64,000 nt of DNA from assembly GCA_963837955.1 (NCBI GenBank), contig CAWIPH010000002.1, positions 768,001-832,000 of the forward strand, in the 5' to 3' direction. Position 1 is the stretch's first letter; each line of letters starts with the position of its first letter. Below the pieces are notes generated by a model that was given only the letters and a program-made list of their open reading frames with translations, did no database searches and was not told where the DNA came from. The position numbers and the translations under genes were made by a program. Shown piece after piece: positions 29,208 to 37,973 of this stretch. The stretch comes from an uncultured Verrucomicrobiae bacterium (GTDB lineage Bacteria; Verrucomicrobiota; Verrucomicrobiia; Chthoniobacterales; JAFAMB01).

Positions 29208-29439
29208 ACATCATCGTCGTGCGTGCCCAAATACCGAGTATCCGTAGCCGTCGCGCTTCGCTGTAAACCATGTCTCCGGTCTGTTTTGTAACGGAAGTGC
29301 TAAGTGCGCCACAACGGCATCCAAATTCGCGCTGTCGGATAGCGTTTACCAATGTCCAAACGCAAACATTCCGGATAGCTGCAGGTTTACGGCGCATCTG
29401 GAAGTTGGGACCTCAGGTCGTGGTGGAGCTACAATGATC

Positions 29440-29667
29440 TTGCCGGGCGAAACGGAAGCGGGCTCTGCCCGGACGCAACCCATGCTGAGGGATACTCCGG
29501 TGGGCTCATCGAGACGATGAGCGGAGCGCGGCGGTTTCGTTTCCGCGCTTCTAAAACAACCCACATCGGATCGGTAGACCCTGATGCCTTGAAAATATCC
29601 GCCCGAAGGGCGGAATGCTCACTAGCGGAGAGCGCCCTCTCTCCATTTCAGGCGCTGAACCAACACA
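29440..29667 (+). other. Highly structured non-coding segment; probable IS 3'-end remnant or ncRNA
   Basis: At least 8 nested or adjacent stems; ends in ...gctgaaccaacaca (IS-like terminal CA). Confidence 0.5.
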
Positions 29668-29715
29668 GAATTACTAGTCTCCCGTGACCGTTCAAGCGAG
29701 GGTATCAAACAGCCT

Positions 29716-30123
29716 ATGAGTGTACATGTCTACGGGGTGAATCACGTTGCCATCGAAGTAAACGACATCGAGAAAGCCAAGGCGTTTTACCAGGAGGTCT
29801 TTAATCTCGAATTACAGAACGGTGGCGAGGGCGATGCATTCTTCAAAGTGGGAGAACATCAGTTCCTCGCAATGTTTGAAGTAGAAAAGCTATCGTCACC
29901 GGACGGCCGACACTTCGGCTTGATCGTTCGCGACGAAACGCAGTTAGCAGAAGTTCGGGAGAAAGTTACCAAAAAATACGGGCTAAAGCTCATCCCACCT
30001 TTTCGGTGTGTTTTCCGCGATCCGTTTGGAAACCGAATCGATGTGGTGGATCTCCACGATGAATCGCTAGTCTGGTTATTGCCCTACCAGGAAGTTCAAA
30101 AAGCAGGGATTCGTTTCAGCTGA
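29716..30123 (+). CDS. VOC/glyoxalase family protein
   Basis: NHVAIEVNDIEKAKAFY, HFGL, FRDPFGNRID. Confidence 0.85.
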   Translation: MSVHVYGVNHVAIEVNDIEKAKAFYQEVFNLELQNGGEGDAFFKVGEHQFLAMFEVEKLSSPDGRHFGLIVRDETQLAEVREKVTKKYGLKLIPPFRCVFRDPFGNRIDVVDLHDESLVWLLPYQEVQKAGIRFS

Positions 30124-30215
30124 CGGCGCGCTGGGAACAGATTTCAGGGCTCGCCGCCGTAAGTTGCATCCATTTCCCCATTGCAATCGCCAGCGACTGA
30201 AGAGAGACTTTTGGC

Positions 30216-30731
30216 ATGGTTACCCACCCCAAGGTCATCGCTCCGATCAACGAACAGATCGGGTATGAATTCACCGCGATGCTGCAGTATTACGCCATCG
30301 CTGCGCATTTTGGGGCCGAAGCGTTACCTGAACTAGCCGGCCATTTCCAAAAGCAAGCGGAGGAGGAAAAGGAACACGCGTTGCGTTTTATCCAATTTCT
30401 CGTCGATGCCGGCGCCCGCGTGAACATTCCTGCAGTGCCGGCTCCTCAAGCACAGTTCAAAACCGCCGAAGATGCGGTGAAATTATCGCTTGAGCAGGAA
30501 GAGCGAGTCTCCGAGCAAATCAATGCCCTGGTGTCCCTGGCCAAAGCCGAATCGGATTATACCACCGACAATTTTCTCCAGTGGTTCGTGAAGGAACAGT
30601 TGGAGGAAGTTGCTTCCATGGATCAGTTGTTACGAGTTGTTCAGCGGGCCGGCGAAGGCAATCTCCTGCGTGTGGAAGAGTATCTGGCGCGCGAGAAGGG
30701 CCACGCGACTGCTTTGCCACAGGCAGAATGA
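30216..30731 (+). CDS. ftnA: Ferritin (non-heme, FtnA-like)
   Basis: NEQIGYE, QAEEEKEHA, FLQWFVKEQLEE ferroxidase-centre motifs. Confidence 0.85.
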   Translation: MVTHPKVIAPINEQIGYEFTAMLQYYAIAAHFGAEALPELAGHFQKQAEEEKEHALRFIQFLVDAGARVNIPAVPAPQAQFKTAEDAVKLSLEQEERVSEQINALVSLAKAESDYTTDNFLQWFVKEQLEEVASMDQLLRVVQRAGEGNLLRVEEYLAREKGHATALPQAE

Positions 30732-30833
30732 TCGGGAATACTCCTTTGGGAGTAAAAGGCCGCCTTCCCTCGTTTTGAGCTTTTGTAGGCGTGCTCGCGT
30801 CTCTCAAACTTGCGTCTCTAACCAGAGAGACAC

Positions 30834-32204
30834 ATGCCAGAAAAAATCGTCGACTTATCCGCGAGCCTTCGCGGGAACGTGATAACTCCCGCCTCCAGCG
30901 AATATGACGTCGCCCGCAAAGTGTACAATGGAATGATTGATCGCCATCCCGACGCAATCGTCCGCTGCGCGAACGTGGCCGACGTACGGACTGTGGTGAA
31001 TTTTGCCAGAAAGGAAGGGCTCAGAGTTGCGGTGCGTGGTGGCGGGCACAACGGTGCCGGACTGGCCGTGTGTGATCAGGGAATCGTAATTGACCTTTCT
31101 TCGATGAAAGGGGTGCGAGTTGATCCCGCCACAAATACCGTGCGAGCGGAGGCTGGGTGTACCCAGGCAGATCTCAATCATGCGGCTGCTAGTTTCGGAT
31201 TGGCGGTCCCTGCTGGTGTCGTTTCTACCACCGGCATTGCCGGGCTAACCTTAGGTGGTGGAACGGGCTACCTCACCCGGAAATTTGGTTTGGCCCTCGA
31301 CAATCTGTTGGAAGTCGATGTGGTGTTGGCCGATGGCAGCTTTGTTTCGGCAAATGCCAAAGCGAATGCGGATCTTTTCTGGGCCATCCGAGGTGGCGGC
31401 GGAAACTTCGGCATCGTTACTTCGTTTCTCTTTCGTGGACACCCGATTGATCAAGTTTACGCCGGTCCCATGCTTTGGGAGATGGAGCATGCGCGCGAGC
31501 TTTTAGAGTGGTACCGAGAATTTGCCCCAGAGCTACCGGACGAGCTGTACGGATTTTTCGCCTTCTTGAAGGTGCCCCCTGGTCCCCCTTTTCCGGAGGA
31601 GCTCCATGCTAAGACAATGTGCGGAATCGTCTGGGCTTACTGCGGTCCGCTCGACAAGGTCGAAGAGGCGTTTCGCCCAATTAGAAAGTTCCGATCACCG
31701 AAATTTGAGCTTACGGGCCCGATGCCTTACGTGGCATTACAGAGCATGTTCGATGCTATCTATCCGCCGGGCGATCAGTGGTATTGGAGAGGTGACTTCT
31801 TGGCTCAAATTCCGGATGCGGCGATCGACGAGCATATTAAGTTTGGGGAGCGATTACCCACCCTGAAGTCGACTATGCACTTTTATCCGGTCGACGGTTT
31901 TGCCGGTCGGGTCGACCGTCACGAGACCGCCTTTAGCTACCGTGATGCCAAGTGGTCGATGGTTATTGTGGGGGTAGATCCGGATCCTGCCAACGCCGAC
32001 AAAATAACCGCCTGGACGAAAGATTATTGGGCGGCCGTACATCCCTACAGCATGGGCGGCGCTTATGTGAATTTCATGATGGACGAAGGAAGCGACCGGA
32101 TCAAAGCCACCTATCGCGACAACTATCAGCGCCTGTTAGAAATTAAGCGCAAGTACGACCCGTGTAACTTTTTCCGGATCAACCAGAACATCAAACCCGA
32201 TTAA
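30834..32204 (+). CDS. FAD-binding oxidoreductase (FAD_binding_4 + BBE)
   Basis: VRGGGHN, GLTLGGG, RGGGGNFGIVT, YVNF, KRKYDP.NFFRINQNI. Confidence 0.9.
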   Translation: MPEKIVDLSASLRGNVITPASSEYDVARKVYNGMIDRHPDAIVRCANVADVRTVVNFARKEGLRVAVRGGGHNGAGLAVCDQGIVIDLSSMKGVRVDPATNTVRAEAGCTQADLNHAAASFGLAVPAGVVSTTGIAGLTLGGGTGYLTRKFGLALDNLLEVDVVLADGSFVSANAKANADLFWAIRGGGGNFGIVTSFLFRGHPIDQVYAGPMLWEMEHARELLEWYREFAPELPDELYGFFAFLKVPPGPPFPEELHAKTMCGIVWAYCGPLDKVEEAFRPIRKFRSPKFELTGPMPYVALQSMFDAIYPPGDQWYWRGDFLAQIPDAAIDEHIKFGERLPTLKSTMHFYPVDGFAGRVDRHETAFSYRDAKWSMVIVGVDPDPANADKITAWTKDYWAAVHPYSMGGAYVNFMMDEGSDRIKATYRDNYQRLLEIKRKYDPCNFFRINQNIKPD

Positions 32205-32225
32205 CTCCTCTTTCGAAAGAACAGT

Positions 32226-32588
32226 ATGAGTGCACAATCCCTTGGCTTCCGCTGTGTCAAAGTCATCGCTCTATCAGTAGTTGATCTGGAGCGCGCGAAG
32301 AAATTCTATGGCGAGACATTAGGTTTACCGCCGGCTTATGAAGAGAATGAACAGGTTGGCTATACGGTTGGCGACACTATCTTGATGCTGAAAGCCGACT
32401 GGGATCAGGCTCCCACCAAGACACCAAATCCTCGAGTAACCGTCCAAACCGATGACGCTCGCGAAACGGAAAAAGACCTTCGTTCCCGCGGAGTGGCGAT
32501 TTCGGATCCGGTGGAGATGTACGATAAAATCCATTATGTCGGGAGTTTCTTGGACACAGAGGGAAACAAGCTCTGGTTTTGTTCGTAG
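32226..32588 (+). CDS. VOC/glyoxalase family protein
   Basis: VVDLERAKKFYGETLGL, FLDTEGNKL. Confidence 0.85.
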   Translation: MSAQSLGFRCVKVIALSVVDLERAKKFYGETLGLPPAYEENEQVGYTVGDTILMLKADWDQAPTKTPNPRVTVQTDDARETEKDLRSRGVAISDPVEMYDKIHYVGSFLDTEGNKLWFCS

Positions 32589-32712
32589 TGCTCTAGCTTG
32601 GATCGACTCCTGAGCGGACTAAGGCAATGATTTGGTGAGTCCAGAGCGCCTCGATGGCCCGAAGTCTTGAAATTGGGGTGACGAAATAGTTGTCGATCAG
32701 GGCTTGTTCGTT

Positions 32713-33459
32713 CTAGTACGTTGCCCGGCCGCCAGTCAGATCAAATGTAAATCCTGTTGTGAAGCTGCAACTAGGAGAAACGATGAATTCCACCATAGCT
32801 ACAAATTCTTCGAGCGATCCGCAGCGCTGCATCGGAATTTTTTCGGTCATGTATTGCACCTGCTCTAACGGCATCGCCTCCACCATTGGCGTTCTAATGA
32901 CCGCAGGCGCCAAGGCATTTACAGTCACTCCAGTGCCTGCCACCTCTTTGCCCTGGACCTTCGTCATTCCGATGACAGCAGCCTTCGAAGCCGAGTAAGC
33001 CAGCATGCCGGCGTTTCCTTCCTTGCCAGCGATGGAAGCAATGTGAAGCACTCGTCCGTAACCGCGTTCGAGCATTCGCGGTAAGGCTGCTCTGGAGGTG
33101 TGATAGCAGCCGAAGAAGTTGAGTCGGAAAACCTCCTCCACGTCGGCGGGGTCGGTATCCTGGCACTTCAGGTTGGTTCGACCCGTGATCCCGGCGCTGT
33201 TTATCAGAACGTCAGTTTGTGAGAAACCCTGGAACACCCGGTCGACATCTTCCCATCGAGTGACATCGCCAGGCACCGGGACGAAGTGTTCTCCGAGGGC
33301 GCCTCGTAGTTCTTCCAGTGCGGGCTGGTTAATATCGATGCCGTAAACGGTCGCGCCTAGTTGCGCAAAGCGAGCACAAACTGCGCGGCCGAGCCCTGAA
33401 GCCGCACCGGTAATGACGATGTGCTGTGTTAGCCAATTCTGGTGCATTTTTTCAAACAT
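32713..33459 (-). CDS. SDR family oxidoreductase
   Basis: TGAASGLG, INSAGI, ASIAG, YSASK. Confidence 0.9.
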   Translation of the reverse strand: MFEKMHQNWLTQHIVITGAASGLGRAVCARFAQLGATVYGIDINQPALEELRGALGEHFVPVPGDVTRWEDVDRVFQGFSQTDVLINSAGITGRTNLKCQDTDPADVEEVFRLNFFGCYHTSRAALPRMLERGYGRVLHIASIAGKEGNAGMLAYSASKAAVIGMTKVQGKEVAGTGVTVNALAPAVIRTPMVEAMPLEQVQYMTEKIPMQRCGSLEEFVAMVEFIVSPSCSFTTGFTFDLTGGRATY

Positions 33460-33620
33460 AGACGGATTCACCGACGTTCATCGATTTTTCTCTTTGTTTA
33501 CTGTGCAAATAATGGCTTGTCCGAATTGCCGTGGCGTTTTAGTACCTTTGTTGGAGGAACTCCGTTTTGTCTTGTTGTTTGCGGGATTAATCCCCCCAAA
33601 CAGACCAGCGGAGCTAGCCG

Positions 33621-34916
33621 ATGACGAAGCACGTTGAGGCAGCGGGCGATTCTACGACTAAGGAGCTGACCATCTTGCAGTTGCTGCTGGGTGATTATCA
33701 TCCCCGCGACTTCACCATCTCTCTTTGGGACGGCAGTCAGTGGCCGGCGGAGACCAACTCACCTCGTTTTACGCTGATCCTTAAGCATCCTCATACGTTG
33801 CGGCGGATGTTGCAGAGCGGCCGGGCCGATCTCTCTATTTCCGAGGCCTATATCTATGGCGATCTTGATCTCGAGGGAGACCTTGAAGCGGCGATGCCTG
33901 TGGCTCACCGTCTGACGAGCCGCCACTTGCCTGCTTCGACGGCGCTGCGGATCGGCTGGAACTTGTTCCGCATACCGGCTGATAGCCAATCGGGACGAAA
34001 TGGGCGAAAGCCTGCCAAGCTATCCGGCGAACTTCACTCGATCGGCCGGGACCGGAAGGCCGTGAATTTCCACTACAATGTGTCGAACGATTTCTATGCG
34101 CTATGGCTCGACCAGCGGATGGTTTATTCTTGCGCCTATTTTCAAACTGCCGACGAAGACCTAGACACGGCGCAGGCGCGCAAACTTGACTACTTGTGCC
34201 GCAAGCTACGACTTCGCCCCGGCGAGCGCCTCCTCGACATTGGCTGCGGCTGGGGTGGGCTGGTCATTCACGCGGCCCAGCATTACCGAGTCAATGCCGT
34301 TGGTATCACGCTCAGCCAAAACCAAGCTATGCTGGCTAACGAGCGAATCGCGCGCGCCGGTCTGCGCGACCGCTGCCGGGTAGAAGTACGCGATTACCGT
34401 GAGTTGAACGAAACAAACGGCTTCGACAAGTTGGTGAGTGTCGGGATGTTCGAGCACGTGGGCGAGAGCCGGCTGCCAGGGTACTTTCAACAGGCATGGC
34501 GACTGTTGCGACCAGGTGGAGTTTTCCTCAACCATGGCATCGCCTCGCGCCTGAACGAGCCATGGCCCAAAGGCCCGAATTTTATCAGTCGCTACGTGTT
34601 TCCGGATGGCGAGCTGGTGCCGATCAGCGCGACGCTGCGCTGCGCGGAAGAGGCGGGCTTCGAAGTGCGGGACGTGGAAAGTCTGCGAGAGCACTACGCG
34701 CTTACTCTGCGTCACTGGGCCCGCCGTCTGGAACTTCATCGTGATCAGGTGCTGCAAGTGGTCGACGAACCGACCTATCGCGTTTGGCGGCTCTTCCTGC
34801 CCGGATCAGCGTATGGGTTCGCTGCGGGACCGTTGAATATTTACCAAGCCTTGCTGCTTAAGCCTGATGAAGGCCGGAGCGGTCTGCCGCTGACTCGTAG
34901 CGATTGGTACCTGTGA
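33621..34916 (+). CDS. cfa: Cyclopropane-fatty-acyl-phospholipid synthase
   Basis: HYNVSNDFY, MVYSCAYF, LLDIGCGWG, SVGMFEHVG, YVFPDGEL, HYALTL. Confidence 0.9.
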   Translation: MTKHVEAAGDSTTKELTILQLLLGDYHPRDFTISLWDGSQWPAETNSPRFTLILKHPHTLRRMLQSGRADLSISEAYIYGDLDLEGDLEAAMPVAHRLTSRHLPASTALRIGWNLFRIPADSQSGRNGRKPAKLSGELHSIGRDRKAVNFHYNVSNDFYALWLDQRMVYSCAYFQTADEDLDTAQARKLDYLCRKLRLRPGERLLDIGCGWGGLVIHAAQHYRVNAVGITLSQNQAMLANERIARAGLRDRCRVEVRDYRELNETNGFDKLVSVGMFEHVGESRLPGYFQQAWRLLRPGGVFLNHGIASRLNEPWPKGPNFISRYVFPDGELVPISATLRCAEEAGFEVRDVESLREHYALTLRHWARRLELHRDQVLQVVDEPTYRVWRLFLPGSAYGFAAGPLNIYQALLLKPDEGRSGLPLTRSDWYL

Positions 34917-34949
34917 GTCGCGCGGGCACGCGGCCGTTTTTGTCATTTG

Positions 34950-36605
34950 TCAATTGATGACCGGCCGGGAGCGTTCCAGTAGTAGTGCCACCCCATCGTT
35001 CGACCGCAGCGTTCCGAACGCAAGGCCGAGATTTTCGGTTAGACGTCCGCTACAGAAGATGTCAGCTATTCCTTGATTGCCACTGCGGATCAACGCGGCT
35101 GCTTGCAGAGCGAGCGCTATTTTCTCCACGAACCAGCGAGCACCAAATTCTGGGTTGTTTTCCACTCGTTTTGTCGAGAGGAGGGATCCAACAAAACGAT
35201 CGTAAATTGAATTAACTCCCGTCGCTGACGCGATCTCCTGATGCAGAGCCTCTACGGTGCTGGGATCCTTTTGCATCGCCCTCAGGACGTCCAGGCACTG
35301 GACATTGCCCGCCCCCTCCCAGAGCGAATTCAGCGGAGCATCTCGGTACAAGCGGGGAAGAGGGGATTCTTCGACGTAGCCGTTTCCACCCAAACACTCC
35401 AAGGCCTCAGCTACGACGGCTGGTGTCCGCTTCGTGATCCAATATTTGGCGATTGCCGTGGCTATCCGAGAGAACTTTTGCTCGCGTAAGTCTTCTCTGG
35501 AGCGATCAAACGCATGCGCAAGACGAATCGCCAGTGTGGTTGCAGCCTCCGATTCCAGGCATAAATCGGCCAAAACATTTCGCATCAAGGGCTGATCAAT
35601 CAAAAGGCGACCGAAGGCCGACCGATGAGCTGCATGATGCGTTGCTTCAGCCACCGCCTTTCGCATCGACGCGGCCGATCCGATGGCGCAATCTAGTCGC
35701 GTATGACGGACCATCTCCATGATGGTCGCGACACCACGACCTTCTTCGCCGACCAATCGAGCTGAGGCGCGTCGGAATTCCACTTCGCTGGACGCATTCG
35801 AGCGGTTGCCCAGTTTGTCCTTTAAGCGGAGAAGATGAAAGGCGTTCCTGGTGCCGTCCGGTTGCCAACGAGGTAACAGAAAGCAGGAGAGTCCGGCTGG
35901 TGCCTGAGCGAGAATCAAAAAGGCGTCACACATCGGCGCCGAGCAAAACCATTTGTGACCGGTGATCACATACTCCTTGCCCGGGCCGCCCCCATCGGCA
36001 GGTTCAGCCACCGTTGTATTCGCTCGCACGTCGCTGCCTCCCTGGCGTTCTGTCATGCCCATCCCGAAAAGGACACCCTCTTTTTCCCGGGCTGGCAGCG
36101 ACCGAAGATCGTAAACGGACGAGAGCGCCCGTGGTTCCCATTCCGCTGCAATTTCCGGCTGCGATCGGAGCGAAGGGATTGCTGCAAAGGTCATCGTCAA
36201 CGGACAACTCGTGCCTTCGTCGACCTGGTGCCTAAGCATCGCCAATGCGGCCCGCGCGACATGTGCTCCTGCCTTCTTTTCGATCCAAGGTAGGGAATGG
36301 GTTCGTGCCTCAATGCCGATCCGCATCAGCTCATGATACGCCGGATGGTAAACTACCTCGTCGATGCGATAGCCGAATCGATCGTGGGTTCGTAGCTCCG
36401 GTGTAAAACGATTGGCCAGCACACCCAGATTGATAGTCTCTGGTTTGCCTAATAGTTCTCCGAGCCTGTGCGCTTCCGCTTCAATCCAGGCACCATCTTC
36501 CCGGTGAACGGCTTCCTTCAGCGCAGAGTCGCTATCGAAAAGGTTGTAATTTTCCAACGGCGACGGCTGGTTAAAGACGGCCTCGGGGGAGTGAGTGGCG
36601 CCCAT
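34950..36605 (-). CDS. aidB: AidB-like acyl-CoA dehydrogenase
   Basis: VFNQPSPL, CPLTMT, MGMTERQGGSDV, GHKWFCSAPMCD, KDKLGNRSNASSE, WEGAGNVQCLDV; start at MGATHS. Confidence 0.88.
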   Translation of the reverse strand: MGATHSPEAVFNQPSPLENYNLFDSDSALKEAVHREDGAWIEAEAHRLGELLGKPETINLGVLANRFTPELRTHDRFGYRIDEVVYHPAYHELMRIGIEARTHSLPWIEKKAGAHVARAALAMLRHQVDEGTSCPLTMTFAAIPSLRSQPEIAAEWEPRALSSVYDLRSLPAREKEGVLFGMGMTERQGGSDVRANTTVAEPADGGGPGKEYVITGHKWFCSAPMCDAFLILAQAPAGLSCFLLPRWQPDGTRNAFHLLRLKDKLGNRSNASSEVEFRRASARLVGEEGRGVATIMEMVRHTRLDCAIGSAASMRKAVAEATHHAAHRSAFGRLLIDQPLMRNVLADLCLESEAATTLAIRLAHAFDRSREDLREQKFSRIATAIAKYWITKRTPAVVAEALECLGGNGYVEESPLPRLYRDAPLNSLWEGAGNVQCLDVLRAMQKDPSTVEALHQEIASATGVNSIYDRFVGSLLSTKRVENNPEFGARWFVEKIALALQAAALIRSGNQGIADIFCSGRLTENLGLAFGTLRSNDGVALLLERSRPVIN

Positions 36606-36757
36606 GGAAATTGGGGAAACAAGAGACCATCGCGCAGCCGCGAGTCGGTTGCAACATGGCTGCGGAGGCCAATAAGTGAATCGACAGTCCGGAGAACCAG
36701 AAAACCAGAAACGAAAATGTTTCCGGAAGGCGAAGTGGAGCACCCTCCCACGCCTCG

Positions 36758-37756
36758 CTATTGTCGCCAATCGGGAACAAGTACAGCCGCGCCCCGGATG
36801 CGGCCTGTTCTCAGGCGTTCGAGAGCGTCATTGGCGTGTGACATAGGGAAAGTTTCGGTTTCGGTTCGCACCGGCACTTTCGGAGCGAGATTCAGGAATG
36901 TTCGGCCGTCGGCCCGGGTTAGATTGGCAACGGAATGAATATTCCTTTCCTCCCAAAGAATCGAATATGGAAATGAAGGGATGTCGCTCATATGGATCCC
37001 TCCGCAAACAACCCGTCCTCCTTTTCGTAAGGCGCGCAGCGCGGCTGGAACCAGAGCGCCAGCTGGTGCGAAAATGATTGCCGCATCCAACTGCTGAGGC
37101 GGAAGCTCGTCTGAACCGCCTGCCCAAACCGCGCCGAGCGACCGCGCAAACTCTTGATCCGCAGTTTTTCCTGACCTCGTAAACGCATACAACTCGCGTC
37201 CCTCGTATTTGGCGACTTGAGCGACGATGTGAGCGGCAGCGCCAAATCCATATATGCCCAGCCGCCTGGCTTCTGTAGCGGGTCCGGTCATGGCCAGCGA
37301 TCGGTAGCCGATTAGTCCCGCGCAGAGAAGCGGAGCGGCTTCGATCGCCTCGTAGGGCTCAGGTAGCGGGAAACAGAAGGCCGCTTCAGCTAGGACGAAT
37401 TCTGCATAGCCGCCATCAAGCGTATAACCGGTGAACTTTGCGTTATCGCAAAGGTTCTCCCGGTTCGATTGGCAGTAGCGGCAGGAACCACAAGTCCAGC
37501 CGAGCCAGGGAATTCCTACTCTGGTTCCGCGGTGCTCTGTTCCCGGCCCGCATTCGACAATCTCACCAGCAATTTCGTGCCCAGGAACGAGTGGAAGTTT
37601 TGGGTGAGGCAATTCTCCGTCGACCACGTGAAGATCGGTTCGGCAAACCGCACAAGCGAGAACTCGGACTTTTACTTGTCCGGCTCCAGGGGAGGGGGCT
37701 GGCATTTCACATTCCCGTAAAGGAGTTCCCGGTTTGTCGAGAATCATTGCATGCAT
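36758..37756 (-). CDS. Zinc-dependent alcohol dehydrogenase
   Basis: CAVCRTDLH, GHE, CGSCRYC..ENLC, APLLCAG, YGFGAAA. Confidence 0.92.
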   Translation of the reverse strand: MHAMILDKPGTPLRECEMPAPSPGAGQVKVRVLACAVCRTDLHVVDGELPHPKLPLVPGHEIAGEIVECGPGTEHRGTRVGIPWLGWTCGSCRYCQSNRENLCDNAKFTGYTLDGGYAEFVLAEAAFCFPLPEPYEAIEAAPLLCAGLIGYRSLAMTGPATEARRLGIYGFGAAAHIVAQVAKYEGRELYAFTRSGKTADQEFARSLGAVWAGGSDELPPQQLDAAIIFAPAGALVPAALRALRKGGRVVCGGIHMSDIPSFPYSILWEERNIHSVANLTRADGRTFLNLAPKVPVRTETETFPMSHANDALERLRTGRIRGAAVLVPDWRQ

Positions 37757-37973
37757 GGGAGATGGATTCCGAATCTATTCTTACGCACTTATTACCTTCT
37801 TTTGGATTACTCGAAAGAGAATAAGAGTCTGGAATCGGCTGCGACGGTCCGCGACCCGACAGTCATCCATGCGCCAGCCAAAAGTGTTAACGATACGACT
37901 GGAGAGATTTTACTGGGTATCTTGGCTATCCACGGACTGCCCGTCCTAGCTATGTTACTCTCAACTGTTTATC

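Larger units (their letters stand above)
26310..29313 (-). mobile_element. IS481-family element, probably carrying passenger genes (ArsR + SRPBCC)
   Basis: The end at 29313 reads TGTGGCGCAC...CGTTACA...GACCGGAGACATGGTTTACA on the minus strand. A matching inverted end ...CGTTAC...GACCTGAGACATCCGTTACA lies at 26310-26359 (16/20 identity in the inner motif). No such motif occurs just downstream of the transposase, and no target duplication was seen. Confidence 0.65.

Noticed and set aside
27855..29291. + strand ORFs opposite the transposase
   Set aside because: They are antisense shadows of the IS481 transposase.
29579..29594. CTGATG...GAAA, suggestive of a hammerhead ribozyme core
   Set aside because: It lacks CUGANGA and has no stem II between the two motifs.
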